Positions 54,879 through 63,260 of a stretch of 64,000 nt of DNA are shown here, piece by piece. Where the stretch lies: positions 449,870-513,869 of the forward strand of contig DAINXV010000001.1 of the NCBI GenBank assembly GCA_036749735.1. Direction: 5' to 3'. Made by a program: the position numbers and the translations under genes. Under the pieces are notes generated by a model. The model made no database searches and was not told the origin of the DNA. It was given only the letters and a program-made list of their open reading frames with translations. How positions within the stretch are numbered: position 1 is the stretch's first letter; every line of letters begins with the position of its first letter. This DNA is from Mycobacteriaceae bacterium. Its GTDB lineage: Bacteria; Actinomycetota; Actinomycetes; Mycobacteriales; Mycobacteriaceae.

Positions 54879-55205
54879 ATGTCTATTAGCCAAGCTAGTT
54901 ATGAAGACCTGGCTAAGCGTCTTGCAGAAGCAGATTGCGATCCGGGCGACATTCTTGTGGTTGACGTTCGCGAACCAGACGAGTGGGCCGACACACACCT
55001 CGCCTGCGCGACCAATATTCCCGCCAGCGCCATCGACTCCCAGAAGGGAAAGATTCCCGCAGGCGAAGTATGGCTGCACTGTGCTTCCGGAGCCCGCGCC
55101 ATTAGAGTAGGCCAGTACCTAAGCCAATGCCGCGATGACCTAGATATCAAGATCATTCTGGACTCTCTCCACGCTGCACAGGTGGCCAACCTAGAAATGG
55201 CCTAA
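54879..55205 (+). CDS. single-domain rhodanese (sulfurtransferase)
   Basis: Active-site loop CASGARA. ATG at 54879 has AAAGGA 7 nt upstream. The track ORF starts earlier. Confidence 0.7.
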   Translation: MSISQASYEDLAKRLAEADCDPGDILVVDVREPDEWADTHLACATNIPASAIDSQKGKIPAGEVWLHCASGARAIRVGQYLSQCRDDLDIKIILDSLHAAQVANLEMA

Positions 55206-55222
55206 CCCGCTAGCATGGAGCC

Positions 55223-57700
55223 ATGACCGACGAACAGGCTGCCCCCATCCCGGGAGAACATTCCACTCCTCCCGCCAGCTATGGGCGCAGCCTGTTGTCC
55301 TATTTGCTCAGAAACAAAACCGCCGACACCAACCCCCTCACCCATGTGCGGGACATTCCCGGCAGGGATGCAAACTACGGATCCTGGCCGGACTGGATTT
55401 TGCCTGCGGCTCGCACCTGTCTGCACGAGCAAGGAATCTCCCACCTCTACACCCACCAGGTGGAAACCGCTGAACACGCATGGTCAGGACAACACGTCGT
55501 CGTCGCTACCGGCACCGCAAGTGGAAAAACCCTCGGATACCAACTCCCAATCCTCACCTCGCTGGCCACCAATCCACTAGCCTCAGCCCTCTACCTCTCC
55601 CCCACTAAAGCATTGGGCGCAGACCAGTTGCGTTCCTTCCAAGAACTGTTGAATGGCACTATTGCCGCCTCCCCCAGTGGAGACGATGCCGCCCCAGCCT
55701 CCCAAACCGCTCTCGACAATCTGCGCACTATCCACCCACAGCAATACGATGGCGACACCTCCACAGATAATCGCCGCTGGATCCGTGACCACAGCAGATT
55801 CATTCTGACCAACCCCGACATGATGCACATGTCCCTCCTGGCACAACACCAACGCTGGATGCGGCTGCTGCGCAATCTCCGGTTCATAGTGGTTGACGAG
55901 TGCCACGCCTACCGGGGTGTTTTCGGCAGCAATGTGGCTATCGAGTTGCGCCGCCTGCTTCGCCTTGCCCACCATTATGGTTCCCGTCCCACCGTCATTT
56001 TGGCCTCCGCCACCACCTCCCATCCGGCTGAGGCTGCCACTCGCCTTATCGGCATGCCGGTTACCGCTATCACGGCCGATGGTTCACCTCAGGGCGAACG
56101 CACCATTGCACTGTGGGAGCCGCCCCTCATTCCGGGTGTGGAGGGTGAGAATGGGGCACCGCTGCGCCGCAGCGTTACCACCGAAGCCAGCGATATTATG
56201 GCGGATCTGGTGTCGGAGGGTGCCCGCACTTTGACGTTCGTCCGCAGCCGCCGGAATGCGGAGCAAACAGCCTTAGATACCCAAAGCCGCTTAGAGGAAT
56301 ATGTTCTCACTGGAGATGTTCCCCCTGATGCGGTGCAGCGGGTGGGTGCCTACCGGGCGGGCTACCTGGCTGAGGATCGGCGCGAATTAGAGCGGCACCT
56401 CAATGACGGCACACTAACTGCGGTAGCAACCACCAATGCTTTGGAGTTGGGGGTTGATATCGCGGGACTGGATGCAGTAGTTATTGCAGGTTTTCCGGGA
56501 ACTGTGGCGAGTTTTTGGCAGCAATCGGGCCGGGCAGGGCGCCGCAACCAGGGTGCCCTTGTGGTACTGATTGCACGTTCTGATCCGCTTGACAATTATC
56601 TGGTGCACCACCCGCAAGCGCTGCTCGACAAACCTGTGGAAGCAACGGTGACGAACCCCGCGAACCCGAATCTTTTGGTGCCACAGCTGTGGTGCGCGGT
56701 GGGTGAGCTGCCGCTGCGGGATGTGGAGGTTGCCGCCTGGTCGCAACGGGATGGTGTGGATGTGGCCAGCCTGTTGGCGGAAATGCAGGACGCGGGAATG
56801 GTGCGCTACCGGCAAACAGGTGGCGGGGCTTGGTATCCGGCGGGGCGCTACGACGAAGCCTGGCAGCAAGTGTCGTTGCGGGGCGGTAGCGCGGACGATG
56901 TTTCTATTGTTTGTGTGGAGGATGGTCGCCTCTTGGGAACCGCCGACACCGCACGGGCCTGTGCACAACTCCATGAAGGTGCGGTGTATCTGCACCAGGG
57001 CGATAGTTACTTGGTGCAAGAACTCGACCTGGTGAATGGTTTGGCACTGGTAACGACAGACACTCCCCCGTGGGATACCTATGCCCGCAGCGACACCCAG
57101 GTCCACATTGAGCATGTTGTGGAGGAGGTTCAGCTGGGCCGGGCAGCCAACAGTATGTCTGTCGGCATTGCGGATGTGACTGTCACCCGGCAGGTGAAAG
57201 CCTACGAGAAGAAATCCCACCGGGGTGAAATATTGGGTTTGGTGGAACTGGATTTGCCGCCCACCGTGTTGCACACCCAGGCCGTCTACTACACCTTGCA
57301 CCCTGCTTTCTGTTCCCACTGGGGTATTGACGACGAACAGGTTCCCGGGACTTTACACGCTGCAGAACACGCGGCCATTGGTATGCTGCCCCTGCTCGCC
57401 GACTGTGACCGTGCCGATATTGGTGGCTTGTCTACTCCGTTGCATGAAGACACTGGGCTGCCCACTGTTTTTGTCTACGACGGCTACCAGGGAGGAGCCG
57501 GATATGCGTCGCGCGGCTACCGGGAAATAGTGGAATGGTTAACCGCTACTCGGGACGCCATTGAGTCCTGCTCGTGTGTCGATGGCTGCCCCAGCTGCAT
57601 CCAGTCCCCCAAATGCGGGAACGGAAACAACCCGCTTGATAAGACTGGGGCGCTCAAGCTGCTGGGTGCTGTAACAGCTTTGTTTAATGCGGCGGAATAG
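55223..57700 (+). CDS. DEXH-box ATP-dependent helicase with C-terminal DUF1998 zinc-ribbon domain (MrfA/Rv3649-like)
   Basis: Walker A ATGTASGKT, DECH box (VVDECHAY), and the C-terminal 4-Cys module CSCVDGCPSC...C. Confidence 0.85.
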   Translation: MTDEQAAPIPGEHSTPPASYGRSLLSYLLRNKTADTNPLTHVRDIPGRDANYGSWPDWILPAARTCLHEQGISHLYTHQVETAEHAWSGQHVVVATGTASGKTLGYQLPILTSLATNPLASALYLSPTKALGADQLRSFQELLNGTIAASPSGDDAAPASQTALDNLRTIHPQQYDGDTSTDNRRWIRDHSRFILTNPDMMHMSLLAQHQRWMRLLRNLRFIVVDECHAYRGVFGSNVAIELRRLLRLAHHYGSRPTVILASATTSHPAEAATRLIGMPVTAITADGSPQGERTIALWEPPLIPGVEGENGAPLRRSVTTEASDIMADLVSEGARTLTFVRSRRNAEQTALDTQSRLEEYVLTGDVPPDAVQRVGAYRAGYLAEDRRELERHLNDGTLTAVATTNALELGVDIAGLDAVVIAGFPGTVASFWQQSGRAGRRNQGALVVLIARSDPLDNYLVHHPQALLDKPVEATVTNPANPNLLVPQLWCAVGELPLRDVEVAAWSQRDGVDVASLLAEMQDAGMVRYRQTGGGAWYPAGRYDEAWQQVSLRGGSADDVSIVCVEDGRLLGTADTARACAQLHEGAVYLHQGDSYLVQELDLVNGLALVTTDTPPWDTYARSDTQVHIEHVVEEVQLGRAANSMSVGIADVTVTRQVKAYEKKSHRGEILGLVELDLPPTVLHTQAVYYTLHPAFCSHWGIDDEQVPGTLHAAEHAAIGMLPLLADCDRADIGGLSTPLHEDTGLPTVFVYDGYQGGAGYASRGYREIVEWLTATRDAIESCSCVDGCPSCIQSPKCGNGNNPLDKTGALKLLGAVTALFNAAE

Positions 57701-58082
57701 GCCCGGCGCAGGCTTTCCCTCCCACTTCCCAGCGGGAGAACGGCACCGTCACCTGCACCCAGATGGCTGGCATCCGGGTCTGTGGATGTTCTTTAAGTTG
57801 GCAGTCCACCATGCGAATGCGGGTGTTGTGGGGCAATGCGCTGGCGGCCGCTTGGCAGGCGTGTTCGGCACGGTGTGGCAGTTCGGCTGCACCGGCTAGT
57901 GCGGCTGCATCGGCACTGTTTTGGGCTTGGTGGCGGGTGTGCACAATACCCACAACAATCATTCCCACCATGAGAACAAGAAATAAGACACCTGCAGCAG
58001 CGGCTGACCATGCTGTGGTGGCACCTGTCTCGTTTCTGCGCAACCACACGATGCGGCGTTTGGTTTTACGGGGTGCTGGCAT
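57684..58082 (-). CDS. TadE/TadG-like pilus assembly (pseudopilin) protein
   Basis: A basic N-terminus, a single TM helix TAWSAAAAGVLFLVLMVGMIVVG, and a small periplasmic domain. It is part of the Flp/tad cluster. Confidence 0.5.
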   Translation of the reverse strand: MPAPRKTKRRIVWLRRNETGATTAWSAAAAGVLFLVLMVGMIVVGIVHTRHQAQNSADAAALAGAAELPHRAEHACQAAASALPHNTRIRMVDCQLKEHPQTRMPAIWVQVTVPFSRWEVGGKACAGPIPPH

Positions 58083-58416
58083 TGTCTACGATTTTTTCTT
58101 GCGGAATTTCGCTCTGCCCGATGAGGGTGAGTGGCAGCACCCGCGCACGCTGTTGGATGCGCACGCGAACCATGCCGTTCTGGGTGGTGATCGCAGCTTC
58201 CATATCTGGTTGCAGGTGACGGCGGGCGCTGGAGCTCTCGGTTCCGCGGGCTATTTCTCTAGCCACAGTGTGGGCAGTGTCGCTGAGGTGGATCTGTTGG
58301 ATACCGACAGCAAGACCACCCACACAGGTGACAAAGATGACGAGGAGCGCGGCGAGTCCGTAGGCTGTTTCGACCGTCACCATGCCGGCATCATCGTTCA
58401 GCAATCGTCGGAGCAT
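58066..58416 (-). CDS. TadE-like protein
   Basis: MLRRLLNDDAGMVTVETAYGLAALLVIFV has the TadE-type N-terminal motif. ATG at 58416 lies 2 nt after the flp stop. The track ORF (to 58587) overlaps flp in another frame. Confidence 0.55.
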   Translation of the reverse strand: MLRRLLNDDAGMVTVETAYGLAALLVIFVTCVGGLAVGIQQIHLSDTAHTVAREIARGTESSSARRHLQPDMEAAITTQNGMVRVRIQQRARVLPLTLIGQSEIPQEKIVDNASTP

Positions 58417-58418
58417 TT

Positions 58419-58598
58419 TTAGAGGCCGGAGTTGAGTGCTTGTTGAATAATTCCCATGAGCGCTTCCCGAATGGTGTCGGATTTTGCGATTGCGAGTAGC
58501 AGTGCCCCGAAAGCTGCTGCCCCGATGGTGCCCACAGCGTATTCGACGGTGCTCATGCCGGTTTCGTCCTGCCAAAGTTCTTTCCAAAAAGTAAACAT
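58419..58598 (-). CDS. flp: Flp/Fap pilin subunit (59 aa prepilin)
   Basis: Hand translation of the minus strand gives MFTFWKELWQDETG-MSTVEYAVGTIGAAAFGALLLAIAKSDTIREALMGIIQQALNSGL. This carries the Flp processing motif G/XXXXEY and a hydrophobic helix. AAAGGA sits 6 nt upstream of the ATG. It is below the ORF-track size cutoff. Confidence 0.75.
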   Translation of the reverse strand: MFTFWKELWQDETGMSTVEYAVGTIGAAAFGALLLAIAKSDTIREALMGIIQQALNSGL

Positions 58599-58682
58599 TG
58601 TGATCCTTTATAGTTCTGGTGATTTTTAGTGCTGGTCAGTTATGAGAGAGTGGATTTGCGTGCTGAAGAAACAGCTGCGCCG

Positions 58683-59564
58683 CTAGGTGAAACCCATAAA
58701 ACTGCCTCCTAGTTCAAGAACTGTGGGGATAATGCCCAGCAGCAAAAAGCCGGGCAGGAAACAGAGTCCAAGCGGCCGCGCCAACAACACGCCGATTTCT
58801 TCGATTTGTTGTTGGCAGGTGTTGACAGCTTCGGCCTGTGCGTCGTGAGCACAATCCACTAACACTTCCGCAATGGGAGTACCGTCACGGTGCGCATTGC
58901 GCAGCAAGTTTTTCTGTACTGGGCTTATATCGGCTCCGAGGTAGCGGGCGGCGCAACTGAGGGGAAGACCAGCATCGAGCAGCGCGGCGCTAACGTGCAG
59001 GCGGGTAGTGTGGGCGCTACTTGGAAATGTGATGGTGTGGAGCATTCTGCCAATCCACCAGACACCCAAGCATTGGCATCCGATCCCAGCGGCCAAAACA
59101 AGGCTTCCCCACCCACTGGTGAGGAACCTAAGAGGATGAGCTCCCACCAGGTATCCCAATCCAATACCTAGCACCGGCAATTGGGTGAGGAGCAAAGTGG
59201 TGGCGCGGATCCCCGCAAGTTGGGTCCACACTTGTTGAAGACTATTGCGGTGATCGCGGAGGGCCGTTTCGAAAGCTTTGAGCAGGTTTCTAAGCGGCAC
59301 CCCCGCCTGGAGAACAAGTGTGAGAGTGTCTGCTGGCAGCAGCTTCCCCAGGCGTTCTTTAAGTACGGTGGGTGCGAGCGTTTTGCCACCGGCAAGATCC
59401 GTGCGTAGCTGTGTTAAAGCCATAACACTTTGGGACAGTTGGGTGAGCTGCTGTTCTTGTTTGAGCTTCCACAGGTGCACGCGCCACGCGGTATAGCTTG
59501 CGGTCACCAACGCAACTAACACTAGAACTGCTGGGAATAGTGCCTGTGCTGGAGGAGCTAGCAC
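58683..59564 (-). CDS. type II secretion system F-domain inner-membrane protein (TadB/TadC-like, possibly fused)
   Basis: 293 aa polytopic protein in the tad locus, between flp and the tadA ATPase. Confidence 0.7.
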   Translation of the reverse strand: MLAPPAQALFPAVLVLVALVTASYTAWRVHLWKLKQEQQLTQLSQSVMALTQLRTDLAGGKTLAPTVLKERLGKLLPADTLTLVLQAGVPLRNLLKAFETALRDHRNSLQQVWTQLAGIRATTLLLTQLPVLGIGLGYLVGAHPLRFLTSGWGSLVLAAGIGCQCLGVWWIGRMLHTITFPSSAHTTRLHVSAALLDAGLPLSCAARYLGADISPVQKNLLRNAHRDGTPIAEVLVDCAHDAQAEAVNTCQQQIEEIGVLLARPLGLCFLPGFLLLGIIPTVLELGGSFMGFT

Positions 59565-60592
59565 GAGAACTCCTCAATAGCTGCCACTTTTCGCATTCCG
59601 GTGACGTTGTCCCGGTGCACATGCACGACCACTTTGATGCCGCTTTTCATTTGCTGCCTAATGGCTGCTTCTGGCAGCCCAGTGGGGAGCGCTAGCCCCA
59701 TGATGCGAGATGGAACTTCGCTGGGACTATTCGCGTGGAGAGACGCGAGGGCTCCTTGATGTCCGGTGTTGAGTGCGTTCAGCAAATCGACAATTTCTAT
59801 TCCCCGCACCTCCCCCACCACCAGGCGATCCGGGCGCATTCGGAGCGCTTGCCGCAGCAGTATGTCCATGCCGAGCGCTCCCCTGTTTTCGGTATTCGCA
59901 GAGCGAGTAACCAATTGCACTAGTTGGGGATGAGATATGGCAAGTTCGGGTGTGTCTTCAATAGTGACAATTCGGTCCTTTTCGGGAAGAGTCCCCAAAA
60001 GTGCCGCTAAAAGTGTTGTTTTTCCACTTCCCGTAGCACCAGTAATAAGAATGCTGTGTTTGTTTTCCAAGTGCTGTACCAGTTCCGCGCACTGCGCAGA
60101 AGAAACCATTCCGCGCTGCAACAAGTCATTGAGAGAATGCTGTGCGGGGCGGAGAAGACGCAGCGAAATGGTAGTGCCGTGGGGTGCAATCGCGGGCAAC
60201 ACTGCATGCAGCCGGATAGCCACATGCTCATCCCATTGGAGGTATCCATCTGCCCATGGATGGGCGTCATCAAGTCGGGTGCCAGCAGACTGCGCGAGCG
60301 AAACCGCAAGTTCTCGGCAATCCTCCTCGCTGAAGCTGTGGTGGCTTAACCGGTGGAGTCCCGGCCTAGTAGCGGTTTCCGCCCAGATAGTACCCGCTGG
60401 ACCAATGATGAGATCCGTCAGCCCCTCCCGAGAAAGAAAAGGCGCAATAGCGCCCAGCACGGTGTCATGCCAGCTGTTAGCAGAAACAAGATTGTTGGCC
60501 ATTGTCTCCCCTTTCTTTCCGAATACAGTGCATGGGTTGGACGGTTGGAATCTTGCCAAAAGAGAAAATTGGAGAGCAGCGCAAAGGCTCAA
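59558..60592 (-). CDS. tadA: Flp pilus assembly ATPase CpaF/TadA
   Basis: Walker A GATGSGKTT, Walker B, and the His box (VVGEVRG...HQGALASLHANS) of type II/IV secretion ATPases. Confidence 0.9.
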   Translation of the reverse strand: MSLCAALQFSLLARFQPSNPCTVFGKKGETMANNLVSANSWHDTVLGAIAPFLSREGLTDLIIGPAGTIWAETATRPGLHRLSHHSFSEEDCRELAVSLAQSAGTRLDDAHPWADGYLQWDEHVAIRLHAVLPAIAPHGTTISLRLLRPAQHSLNDLLQRGMVSSAQCAELVQHLENKHSILITGATGSGKTTLLAALLGTLPEKDRIVTIEDTPELAISHPQLVQLVTRSANTENRGALGMDILLRQALRMRPDRLVVGEVRGIEIVDLLNALNTGHQGALASLHANSPSEVPSRIMGLALPTGLPEAAIRQQMKSGIKVVVHVHRDNVTGMRKVAAIEEFSC

Positions 60593-60686
60593 AAAGCTCC
60601 TAACTGTGGATAAGTGGCAGCCTGTGTATAACTTGTTGTGAGCCAGTACGCGGGCGCTACTGCGAGAATGTCGTTAGGCTAAAAAT

Positions 60687-61364
60687 ATGTCTGCACCTAT
60701 CGCCGCTTTTTTTGACCTAGATATGACGTTGATCTCCAAGTCCTCCGCTTTTGCTTTCGGGAAGCCCTTCCTGAAAGAAGGCCTCATCACCTGGAGACAA
60801 GTGTTGTGGCTTATGAAGGAGCAGTTTTTGTTTCTGATTAGGGGGGCTGACGATGCTGCTATTCAGCGACAGCGCCACAATATTGCGGACGTCATCCGCG
60901 GTTGGGAAGCGGAAAAAACCCAAGAGGTTATTGAACGTGCAATCCCGGACGTGATCTTGCCTTACGTTTTTCCGGAAGGAGAAGAACTTCTCGATAAGCA
61001 TCGCGAAGCCGGGCACGACGTGATTATTCTGTCCACCTCCGGCGATCCGATGGTGCTCCCTATTGCCCGAGAACTGGGAGTGGATACTGCCCGAGGCGCC
61101 AAGGTGGAAGTGAAGAACGGCATCTGCACGGGTGAAATGGAGTTAGGCCGCGGTGGAGAGGTTAAAGTCGAGCACGCCAAGGAGCTGGCTGCCGAACGTG
61201 GATATAACCTCGACGAGGCATATTTTTATACCGATTCGATAACAGATTTGCCGTTAATGGAGATTGTGGGGCATCCGGTTGCGGTGAATCCAGATCGCAA
61301 ATTACGCCGCGCGGCGAAAGAGCGCGGATGGAAAATCCTACAGTTTGAGAAATCTCGGCGTTAG
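60687..61364 (+). CDS. HAD-superfamily subfamily IB hydrolase (SerB-like phosphatase)
   Basis: Motif I FFDLDMTL (DxDxT), motif II S.SG, and C-terminal motifs. Its position matches the Rv3661 homolog downstream of the tad locus. Confidence 0.8.
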   Translation: MSAPIAAFFDLDMTLISKSSAFAFGKPFLKEGLITWRQVLWLMKEQFLFLIRGADDAAIQRQRHNIADVIRGWEAEKTQEVIERAIPDVILPYVFPEGEELLDKHREAGHDVIILSTSGDPMVLPIARELGVDTARGAKVEVKNGICTGEMELGRGGEVKVEHAKELAAERGYNLDEAYFYTDSITDLPLMEIVGHPVAVNPDRKLRRAAKERGWKILQFEKSRR

Positions 61365-61759
61365 TTTCTAAAGTCCACTTTTTCATAGGGCCCATAGTGC
61401 TTTTTCATGCCCTAAATTGCTATTCATTTTAGAGGTATTTTGGGGGTATTTTGGGCCCCAAAAACGGCTTTTTTCTAAAGATCAAATATTCCCTCTGTGA
61501 CTATGCTCACAAGCTGTGGCAACAAAACATGGCTCGTTATGCAAAAGTAACTGAGTCGATCTCCATAAGTTGTTTTTATACAGGTCATAGCTCTAAGAAC
61601 GGAATCGTGCTGAGCTGCAAAAATAAAGATTTTGTTGCCATAAAAGAAATTTGACAGTTTCGTCTATTGGAATTAAGTACTGTTTCCAAGCCGATCTGTT
61701 TGTATTATTACACAATAGCCAGAAGTCAGTTTTCGACGCATTATGAAGTTACGGAAAGC

Positions 61760-61960
61760 GAGGACAGCCTCGGCCGGATCGGAAGAGAAGGTCCGTCCCC
61801 CTGTCACGGTTTCCTGCACGGGAACTGATACCCACGTGTCGCCTGTCTCGACGGGCACCTACGAGCGCGAGGTTGCCGGTCCCATGGAGCTGGAGAGTTC
61901 TGTGGGAGTGCCGGCTGAATCTCAAAAACGACTCCATCGTTGGCACGCATGATTAATCAG
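61760..61960 (+). ncRNA. candidate structured RNA / leader (GC-rich segment in an otherwise AT-rich intergenic region; possible riboswitch-like element)
   Basis: About 200 nt at about 62% GC, embedded in a roughly 35% GC spacer and followed directly by two intrinsic terminators. It contains ACGGGAAC, CCCACG and GGCUGAAUCUC segments, which weakly recall ydaO-class elements. A 69 aa ORF (61743-61952) overlaps it but has mediocre GC3. Confidence 0.3.
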
Positions 61961-61974
61961 CCTCCCGTGCGGAG

Positions 61975-62003
61975 GCGGCGGAAAAGATATCCGCCGCTTT
62001 TCC
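61975..62003 (+). terminator. intrinsic terminator 1 of tandem pair
   Basis: GCGGCGG-aaaagatat-CCGCCGC followed by TTTTCC. It is preceded by a small CCTCC-cgtgc-GGAGG hairpin. Confidence 0.55.
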
Positions 62004-62026
62004 ATATTTGTATCTTCATATGGTTT

Positions 62027-62060
62027 AGTCTCCGGAAGCATTATCCGGAGACTTTTCTTT
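62027..62060 (+). terminator. intrinsic terminator 2 of tandem pair
   Basis: AGTCTCCGGA-agcatta-TCCGGAGACT followed by TTTCTTT. Confidence 0.6.
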
Positions 62061-62140
62061 GCGCTATCACCCCCTCACCTCTCTTCCCCCTCCTTGAGCG
62101 CCCACCGATACGCCTCCTGCTCGAGTTTTCCACTCAACAA
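62061..62140 (+). ncRNA. candidate 6C-like small RNA (two hairpins with C-rich loops, ending in a U-tract)
   Basis: GCGCU...AGCGC encloses a 30 nt loop with 16 C. CUUGAGC...GCUCGAG encloses a 19 nt loop with 10 C, then UUUU. It lies next to the HAD hydrolase gene, near where the mycobacterial 6C/B11 sRNA is located, as I recall. Confidence 0.3.
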
Positions 62141-62197
62141 TGGCAACAAAGGACAAAATATTTCCTGACATGCGCAAATAGAATTGTTTTCACAATA

Positions 62198-62223
62198 GTA
62201 ACATTGGTAACATTAGTAACATG
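62198..62223 (+). repeat. three tandem 9 bp repeats GTAACATTG-GTAACATTA-GTAACATG, the last containing the GH25 start codon
   Basis: Read directly from the sequence. There is no purine-rich SD in front of the ATG at 62221. Confidence 0.5.
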
Positions 62224-63126
62224 ACTGCCCGGATTAAACGTCCTAAACTGCTTATCGCAGCAGGAGTAACCGCATTGAGCCTTAGCATTGTTGGTCCCGC
62301 AATCGCTATGCTGCCGGGTTCGGACGTGGCAAGCCACCAACATCCCGGATCTACCGCTATTGAATGGGACCGCGTAAAAGCAGCTGGACATGCTTTTGCC
62401 ATCGTCAAAGCCACCGAAGGCACCACCTACGTCAACCCCCACTACGCCGAAGACTCCATCTCCATGCAAAAAGCTGGAATTGTGCGCGGCACCTACCACT
62501 ACGCCCTTCCGCAATTCCCAGCAATTGCCCAAGCAAAACATTACGCAGCGGTACTAGCCACTCATTCCACGCCGCTAGATTTGCCGCCCGTACTCGACTT
62601 GGAGGAAACCGGTGGACTAAGTCCCTTCGCACTCCAGGCATGGGTGCGCACATTCCTCAACACTTTGGACAACATCACCGGCCGCAAAACTATTATTTAC
62701 GTTTCCCCCGGCTTTTGGCGTTACCAAATGGATAACACCACCGAGTTTGCGGACCGCCCACTGTGGATCGCCGACTACAACGGAGCCAGCCAACCCACCA
62801 TGCCACTGCCCGGAGGGTGGAAAGACTGGACTTTCTGGCAGTACACCGGCAACGGCCGAGTTGATGGCGTCAGCACCCCCATTGACCTCAACACTTTCAA
62901 CGGGGACAAAGCGGAGCTTCTAGCCTTAACCCGCCAAAACAATCCGAATGCCCGCGCCAACCAACTGGGCATCGACCGCCGCAAGAATCCCGTCCGCAAC
63001 ACGGAGCGCACCGCAACATTGCCAGGCAACGTTAAAGTGCGTGTTCCCAGCCAATCTGAGGTGGACGAGATTGTGAAACAACTACCGGGTGATGTGCCAC
63101 GCGAAATTCGCAAATACCTGCGTTAA
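62221..63126 (+). CDS. secreted glycoside hydrolase family 25 muramidase (lysozyme)
   Basis: Signal peptide MTARIKRPKLLIAAGVTALSLSIVGPAIA, and a GH25 N-terminal signature (DVASHQ...IEWDRVKAAGHAFAIVKATEG). Confidence 0.8.
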   Translation: MTARIKRPKLLIAAGVTALSLSIVGPAIAMLPGSDVASHQHPGSTAIEWDRVKAAGHAFAIVKATEGTTYVNPHYAEDSISMQKAGIVRGTYHYALPQFPAIAQAKHYAAVLATHSTPLDLPPVLDLEETGGLSPFALQAWVRTFLNTLDNITGRKTIIYVSPGFWRYQMDNTTEFADRPLWIADYNGASQPTMPLPGGWKDWTFWQYTGNGRVDGVSTPIDLNTFNGDKAELLALTRQNNPNARANQLGIDRRKNPVRNTERTATLPGNVKVRVPSQSEVDEIVKQLPGDVPREIRKYLR

Positions 63127-63260
63127 AATTCGGTGTATCTACGACAATTCTTTGCAAAAGAATAGACATTCCTACATTGTTTCCGCGACGCTAGATATAG
63201 CACCCCCATTCGTGGCACGATAGAACCTACGGGAATATCCCATAAATTATTGGAGGAACA

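Noticed and set aside
55223-57700. Helicase with DUF1998; considered as DISARM DrmA/DrmB-type defense component.
   Set aside because: Single-polypeptide DEXH plus 4-Cys DUF1998 architecture, and a position next to the tad locus, match the conserved MrfA/Rv3649-type repair helicase. No methyltransferase, PLD or SNF2 partners are nearby.
61451-61654. 67 aa ORF in the AT-rich spacer.
   Set aside because: AT-rich codon usage, no SD, and no recognisable domain. Likely non-coding.
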